Below are positions 16,087 to 20,779 of a stretch of DNA of 20,779 nucleotides, piece by piece. Made by a program: the position numbers and the translations under genes. The DNA is from Candidatus Eiseniibacteriota bacterium. GTDB taxonomy: Bacteria > Eisenbacteria > RBG-16-71-46 > JABDJR01 > JAWXBZ01. Within the stretch, counting starts at the first letter, position 1. Every line of letters begins with the position of its first letter. The notes beneath the pieces are model-generated. The model was not told where the DNA came from and ran no database searches. It saw only the letters and a program-made list of their open reading frames with translations. Location: contig JAWXBZ010000166.1 in the NCBI GenBank assembly GCA_034440375.1, positions 1 through 20,779 of the forward strand. The letters run 5' to 3'.

Positions 16087-16106
16087 ATTGAAGGCCTGCC
16101 TTCAAT
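16087..16106. other. Perfect inverted repeat after mgtE (operator or atypical terminator)
   Basis: ATTGAAGGC-CT-GCCTTCAAT, 5 nt after the mgtE stop; no U-tract on either side. Confidence 0.5.
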
Positions 16107-16121
16107 ACAGGGGGACGCGTG

Positions 16122-16175
16122 ATGCTCCTGATGTGGGCGGCGTTCCACATGTCGCCGCTTCGAGGCCGGGGATGA
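16122..16175 (+). CDS. Candidate leader peptide MLLMWAAFHMSPLRGRG
   Basis: AGGGGG (16109-16114) 7 nt before ATG 16122, stop TGA 16173-16175. Below the ORF-track size cut-off; translation unproven. Confidence 0.3.
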   Translation: MLLMWAAFHMSPLRGRG

Positions 16176-16292
16176 CTTAACCCTCGTAGCCGTCCGGGTA
16201 CAAGACTGACCCCACCATTGGTGTAGAATCCCCGGCCTGTCAGTCGACTCTGAATCCAGTCAGTTCAACGATACAAAGGGGGTTGTCCCGTC

Positions 16293-17405
16293 ATGCACGC
16301 ACGGCCTGTCCGAGCGAACCAAACCGGGAGATGGCTCGTACTCGCGCTGATCGGAATACTCTCCCTCGGCGGCTGCCAGAAAGCGGGTGGTCCCGGCGGC
16401 CCCGGCGGCGGATTCCAGATGCCCCCGACACCGGTTGAAGCCGCTACGGCCGAATCCGGTTCGGTCCGCGACGAATTCACGGCGGTCGGAACGTTGGAAG
16501 CCGGCGAGATCATTACCGTGACCTCGGAGATCTCAGGGATAGTCCGCGGCCTGCCATTCACCGAAGGTGGCCCGATCAAGAAGGGGCAACTCCTCGCCCG
16601 CATCGATGACTCCGAACTGGATGCGCGGGTTGATCGGGGAGAAGCCATCCTCACCCAGAGCAAGCTCAATTTCGAGCGGGCGAAGAGCCTGAGCGAACGG
16701 GGCGCCATTGCCCAGCAGCAACTGGACGATGCGCAGGCCTCGCTCACCGTGGCGCAGGCGGAACTGGCCCTCGTCAAGGCGCAGCTGGCCAAGACCCGCG
16801 TCACCGCCCCCTTCTCGGGACTGGTGGGAACACAACGAATCAGCGTCGGCGCCTTCGTGCGGCCGGGCGAGGCCATCACCGAGCTGGCGCAGATCGATGA
16901 ACTCAAGGCGACGTTCCCGGCGCCGGAACGGTTCATGGGCCAGCTGGCTCCGGGTGCCGTCGTGGCGGTTTCGGCCCCGGCGTTTCCCGGCAGGGAGCTG
17001 GACGGGCGAATCGATGTGATCGAACCGATGCTCGACCCCTCGACACGAAATGTGCGGATCGTGGCCCGGGTGGCCAATCCGGATCATCTTTTCAGGCCCG
17101 GGATGTCCGCCAGCATCCGCGTCGTCCTGGCCGAGCGCCCGCAGGCGCTGACGATCCCCAGCGAATCCGTCTTCGTCGAGGGCGACCAGGCCTTCGTCTA
17201 TCTCATCAATCCGGACAGCACCGTCGTGCAGACGCCGGTCCGCCTGGGAACACGCACGGCTGGCGCGGTCGAGATAATTGAAGGGCTCACGCCGGGCGCA
17301 CGCGTCGTGAGCTCCGGCCACCAGAAGCTCTTTCCCGGCGCGAAGGTGGTTCCCGTGATGGCTGGAGGCGCGCCCGCCGCGGCACCGCCAGGCGGAGGCC
17401 ACTGA
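16293..17405 (+). CDS. RND efflux periplasmic adaptor (membrane fusion) lipoprotein
   Basis: Lipobox LGGC after a hydrophobic stretch, Gly/Pro linker, lipoyl halves (SEISGIV...KKGQLLARID; APFSGLVG), alpha-hairpin, FRPGM. AAAGGGGG SD. Confidence 0.94.
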   Translation: MHARPVRANQTGRWLVLALIGILSLGGCQKAGGPGGPGGGFQMPPTPVEAATAESGSVRDEFTAVGTLEAGEIITVTSEISGIVRGLPFTEGGPIKKGQLLARIDDSELDARVDRGEAILTQSKLNFERAKSLSERGAIAQQQLDDAQASLTVAQAELALVKAQLAKTRVTAPFSGLVGTQRISVGAFVRPGEAITELAQIDELKATFPAPERFMGQLAPGAVVAVSAPAFPGRELDGRIDVIEPMLDPSTRNVRIVARVANPDHLFRPGMSASIRVVLAERPQALTIPSESVFVEGDQAFVYLINPDSTVVQTPVRLGTRTAGAVEIIEGLTPGARVVSSGHQKLFPGAKVVPVMAGGAPAAAPPGGGH

Positions 17406-17406
17406 C

Positions 17407-20400
17407 ATGAAAATCTCCGAGAACTCGATCCGCCGGCCGGTCTTCGCCACGGTGCTGTCGCTGGCGATCATCCTTTTCGGGGTCATCTCGTTCCTGCGCC
17501 TGCCTGTCCGCGAGTATCCCGACATCGATCCGCCGATCGTCTCGATCAACACCTACTATCGCGGCGCCTCCCCGTCGGTCATCGAGACCGAGATAACGGA
17601 CATCATCGAGGAACAGCTCGCCACGCTCGAAGGGGTCAAGACGATTACCAGCTCCAGCCAGGAGCAGGGGTCCTCGATCACCGTCGAGTTCGAGCTGAAC
17701 CGTAATGTCGACGAGGCCACCAACGACGTGCGCGATCGGATCAGCCGCGTTCGTGGCGAACTGCCGCGCGAGGCCGAGGACCCGGTGGTGGCCAAGGTCG
17801 ACACCAACGCCCAACCGATCATCTGGCTGGCACTTTCCAGTGACCGGCATTCGACGCTTGAGATGTCAGAGACGGCCGACCTGGTCCTCAAGGAGCGCAT
17901 CCAGCGACTGCCGGGCGTCGGCGCGGTCTTCATCGGCGGGGAACGCCGGTACGCCATGCGTGTCTGGCTGGACGCGGACCGGATGGCCGCCCACGGTCTG
18001 ACCACGAGCGACATCGAGGACGCCATCAGCGAGGGAAATGCGGAAATTCCCGGCGGCCGCGTCGAGGGGAGTGCGCGCGAGTTTTCCGTGCGTACCCGCG
18101 GCGATCTGTCCACGCCGGAGGAGTTCGCAGCCATCATCGTCAAGCAGGAGGCCGATATCCTCGTCCGCCTTTCGGACGTGGCCACGGTGGCCGTCGGCGC
18201 CGAGGACGAGCGGACCGAAACCCGCTACAACGGCCAGCAGGCCATCGGCCTCGGCATCATCAAGCAATCGAAAGCCTCCACGATCGACGTAGCCGACGAG
18301 ATTTTCAAGGCCATTCCGGCGCTGCAGACCCGTGTGCCGGCCGGCATGAAGATCGAGGTGGCATTCGATTCGTCGGAGTATATCCGCGAGTCGATATCAG
18401 AAGTCGGCCAGACACTCCTGATTGCGATCGGGCTCGTCGTCCTGGTCATCCTCTTCTTCCTTCGCAGTTTCCGGGCCACCATCATCCCGACACTGGCAAT
18501 TCCGACCTCGATCATCGGCACCTTCGCGGTGGCCTACTTCCTCGGTTTCACCATCAACATCCTGACCCTGCTGGCGCTGGTCCTGGCCATCGGCCTCGTT
18601 GTCGATGATGCCATCGTGGTGCTCGAGAACATCTACCGGCACATGGAGATGGGAAAGAGCCGCTGGCAGGCGGCCATTGATGGATCGCACGAAATCGGCT
18701 TCGCGGTTATTTCAACGACCGTCGCGCTCGTGGCCGTGTTCGTGCCGGTAGCCTTTCTCCAGGGTTCGGTGGGCCGCCTCTTCAATGAGTTCGGCACCTG
18801 CGTGGCCGCCTCGGTGGCCATCTCGGGCCTCGTGGCGCTGACATTCACGCCGATGCTCAGTTCCCGGATGTTGCAGCCGCACTCGGCACCAAAGTCGGGG
18901 GTGGGCAAGGCGCTCGAGCGCTTTTTCCGCGGCCTGGACGCCAGTTATGCCGCCACGATCGGTTTCGCCCTGAGGCATCGGGGGCTGGTCCTCCTGGCCG
19001 CCGTGGCCCTCATGGTCGGAGCCGGATTCATCTTCCGGATGCTCCCACGCGAACTGGTGCCGACGGAAGATCGCGGTACCGCCTTCGGCATTGTCCTCGC
19101 GCCCGAGGGGGCCACGCTCGAGTATACGGATCGCTACATGCGACAGGCCGAGGCCATCCTGCTGAAAATTCCGGAACGGGAGGGCCTTTTCACCGCAACC
19201 GGACTCGGATTCGGTGGTCCGGGACGGGTGACCAACGGTTTCATCTTCCTGAACTTGAAAGACCGCAAGGAACGGGAAAAAAGTCAGCAACAGATCGTGC
19301 AGGAGCTTTTTCCGCAGATGCTCGGTATCCCGGGGGTTCTGGCCTTCCTCATCAACCCCCCCAGCCTGGGCGGTGGCTTTTCGTCGAGCCCCATCGAGTA
19401 CATCCTGCTCGGCGACAGCTACGACGAACTGCAGGTGGGCATTCGGGCCATGATGGCCGAGGGGCAGAAGCTCGGTTATCTCATCAATCTGGATTCAGAC
19501 CTCCGGCTCAACAAACCGGAGCTCGATATCGACATCGATCGCGAGCGCGCCGCCCAGCTGGGCGTGTCGGTCACCGAAATCGGCCTGACGCTCGAGACGC
19601 TGCTTGGCGGCCGCGCCGTGACCAACTTCAAGCGCGGCAGCAAGCAATACGACGTCATCATCCAGATGAAGCCGTCGGATCGTTCGACGCCGGACAAGAT
19701 CGAGCAGGTGTACGTGCGGGGGCCGGCCGGCATGGTTCAACTGGCCAATGTCGTCACGGTGCGGGAGTCGGTGACGCCGAAAGAATTGAATCACTTCAAC
19801 CGTGTCCGCGCCGCCACGATCACGGCCAACCTGGCACCGGGCGTGGCGCTGGGCACGGCGCTCGACGACCTCGACCGGATTGCCCTGGAGCACCTGCCGC
19901 CGGGCATCAAGACCGATCTGGGTGGACAGTCGCGCGAGTTCCGCGAGTCATCGAACCGCCTCTACTTCATGTTCATCCTGGCCATCGCCTTCATTTTCCT
20001 GGTGCTGGCGGCGCAGTTCGAGAGCTTCATCCACCCGCTGACGATTCTCCTGTCCGTGCCGCTGGCCGTTGTCGGTGCGCTGATCTCACTTTTCATCTTC
20101 GGGCAGAGCCTGAACATCTACAGCCAGATCGGTCTGATCATGCTGGTGGGACTCGTGACCAAAAATGCCATCCTGATCGTGGAGTTTGCCAACCAGCTCC
20201 GATTGCGTGGAATGAGCGTGATTGATGCCACGCAGGAAGCCTCTCGAATCCGGCTCCGACCGATTCTCATGACCAGCTTTGCCACGATCTTCGGCATCCT
20301 GCCGATCGCCGTCGGCATCGGCGCCGGCGGCGAGGCCCGCCAGCCGCTGGGCATTGCCATCGTCGGCGGAATGATATTCTCGACCTTTCTCACCCTGGTG

Positions 20401-20529
20401 GTGGTGCCGGTCGTGTACACCCTGATGGCCCGCTTCACGCGCCTGAAGCGAATCGAAGACGATGAGGTGGTGCCGGCCGGACACCCCGCGCCCGTCATGG
20501 TCAGCGAACCGGCGCGTGCCGGAGCCTGA
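17407..20529 (+). CDS. RND efflux permease, AcrB/AcrD/AcrF (HAE1) family
   Basis: 1040 aa. IRRPVFA, REYPDIDPP, proton-relay motifs GLVVDDAIVVLEN, GLVTKNAILIVE and RLRPILMT; 1 nt downstream of the adaptor gene. Confidence 0.96.
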   Translation: MKISENSIRRPVFATVLSLAIILFGVISFLRLPVREYPDIDPPIVSINTYYRGASPSVIETEITDIIEEQLATLEGVKTITSSSQEQGSSITVEFELNRNVDEATNDVRDRISRVRGELPREAEDPVVAKVDTNAQPIIWLALSSDRHSTLEMSETADLVLKERIQRLPGVGAVFIGGERRYAMRVWLDADRMAAHGLTTSDIEDAISEGNAEIPGGRVEGSAREFSVRTRGDLSTPEEFAAIIVKQEADILVRLSDVATVAVGAEDERTETRYNGQQAIGLGIIKQSKASTIDVADEIFKAIPALQTRVPAGMKIEVAFDSSEYIRESISEVGQTLLIAIGLVVLVILFFLRSFRATIIPTLAIPTSIIGTFAVAYFLGFTINILTLLALVLAIGLVVDDAIVVLENIYRHMEMGKSRWQAAIDGSHEIGFAVISTTVALVAVFVPVAFLQGSVGRLFNEFGTCVAASVAISGLVALTFTPMLSSRMLQPHSAPKSGVGKALERFFRGLDASYAATIGFALRHRGLVLLAAVALMVGAGFIFRMLPRELVPTEDRGTAFGIVLAPEGATLEYTDRYMRQAEAILLKIPEREGLFTATGLGFGGPGRVTNGFIFLNLKDRKEREKSQQQIVQELFPQMLGIPGVLAFLINPPSLGGGFSSSPIEYILLGDSYDELQVGIRAMMAEGQKLGYLINLDSDLRLNKPELDIDIDRERAAQLGVSVTEIGLTLETLLGGRAVTNFKRGSKQYDVIIQMKPSDRSTPDKIEQVYVRGPAGMVQLANVVTVRESVTPKELNHFNRVRAATITANLAPGVALGTALDDLDRIALEHLPPGIKTDLGGQSREFRESSNRLYFMFILAIAFIFLVLAAQFESFIHPLTILLSVPLAVVGALISLFIFGQSLNIYSQIGLIMLVGLVTKNAILIVEFANQLRLRGMSVIDATQEASRIRLRPILMTSFATIFGILPIAVGIGAGGEARQPLGIAIVGGMIFSTFLTLVVVPVVYTLMARFTRLKRIEDDEVVPAGHPAPVMVSEPARAGA

Positions 20530-20576
20530 CTTTCACATGCCCGGCGTCAACGCGACAATCCTTGAGGGCCCATTCG

Positions 20577-20779
20577 ATGTCCGACCCAAAGACCAATCGG
20601 CCGATCACCAGCGAAGACCTCTGGGCCATGGCGCGGGTCGGCGTGCCGACCCCTGCGCCGGACGGCAGCTTCGCCGTCGTGCCGGTCACGACGTACGACA
20701 TGGCGGCCAACAAGGGGCGGACACGCCTCTGGCGCATACCGGCGGTTGATTTGCCTCCGACGCCGTTAACGGCGTCGGA
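20577..20779 (+). CDS. S9-family (prolyl oligopeptidase/dipeptidyl peptidase-like) peptidase, N-terminal fragment truncated by the window edge
   Basis: Not in the ORF track. Hand translation MSDPKTNRPITSEDLWAMARVGVPTPAPDGSFAVVPVTTYDMAANKGRTRLWRIP...PLT matches the start of S9 beta-propeller domains (TxEDLWxMxRV, [S/A]PDG, LW). GAGGG SD upstream. The catalytic domain is outside the window. Confidence 0.75.
   Translation, partial: MSDPKTNRPITSEDLWAMARVGVPTPAPDGSFAVVPVTTYDMAANKGRTRLWRIPAVDLPPTPLTAS

Noticed and set aside
16163..16215. Resemblance to the fluoride riboswitch, guanidine-III riboswitch or HDV-like ribozyme
   Set aside because: Only fragments match (GGGGATGA, ACAAGAC, CCTCG); the required P1, pseudoknot or P2 pairings are missing.
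16201..16229. TAGAAT as the -10 of an efflux promoter
   Set aside because: No credible -35 or TGn extension, so not called as a feature. It remains the main alternative to the attenuator model.
10320..20737. Minus-strand and alternate-frame ORFs over the plus-strand genes (e.g. 13985-14932, 16533-17552)
   Set aside because: Same shadow-ORF effect; Arg/Pro/Gly-rich translations with no family signal.
1..20779. CRISPR arrays, tRNA/rRNA, SRP or RNase P RNA, IS/integrase, defence or retron-type systems
   Set aside because: No spaced repeats, cloverleafs, diagnostic RNA motifs or relevant protein motifs seen; all intergenic gaps are about 210 bp or less.

Overview
GC-rich bacterial chromosomal DNA with two divergent gene blocks. 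The minus strand (1-9979) carries the 5' half of a canonically ordered division/cell-wall (dcw) cluster: mraZ-rsmH-ftsL-ftsI-murE-murF-mraY-murD-ftsW, with ftsW running off the left edge. The plus strand (10149-20779) encodes a GT-C (ArnT/PMT-like) membrane glycosyltransferase, a secreted M14-type zinc carboxypeptidase, MgtE, an RND efflux adaptor plus permease with no adjacent outer-membrane factor, and the start of an S9-type peptidase. I saw no mobile elements, CRISPR arrays, tRNA or rRNA, and I cannot support a novel protein system. The most interesting signals are non-coding. (i) The 211-bp region upstream of the RND pump holds an SD-led 17-codon uORF ending in an R-G-R motif; its stop codon overlaps one arm of a perfect 11-bp stem, and competing pairings are present (candidate leader-peptide attenuator). 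(ii) Long strand-specific RNA hairpins lie on both sides of mraZ. (iii) The rsmH/ftsL junction is anomalous: RsmH lacks its conserved C-terminal motif, and one extra base in a G9 run would normalise both reading frames. All pairings, translations and counts were done by eye and need computational confirmation.
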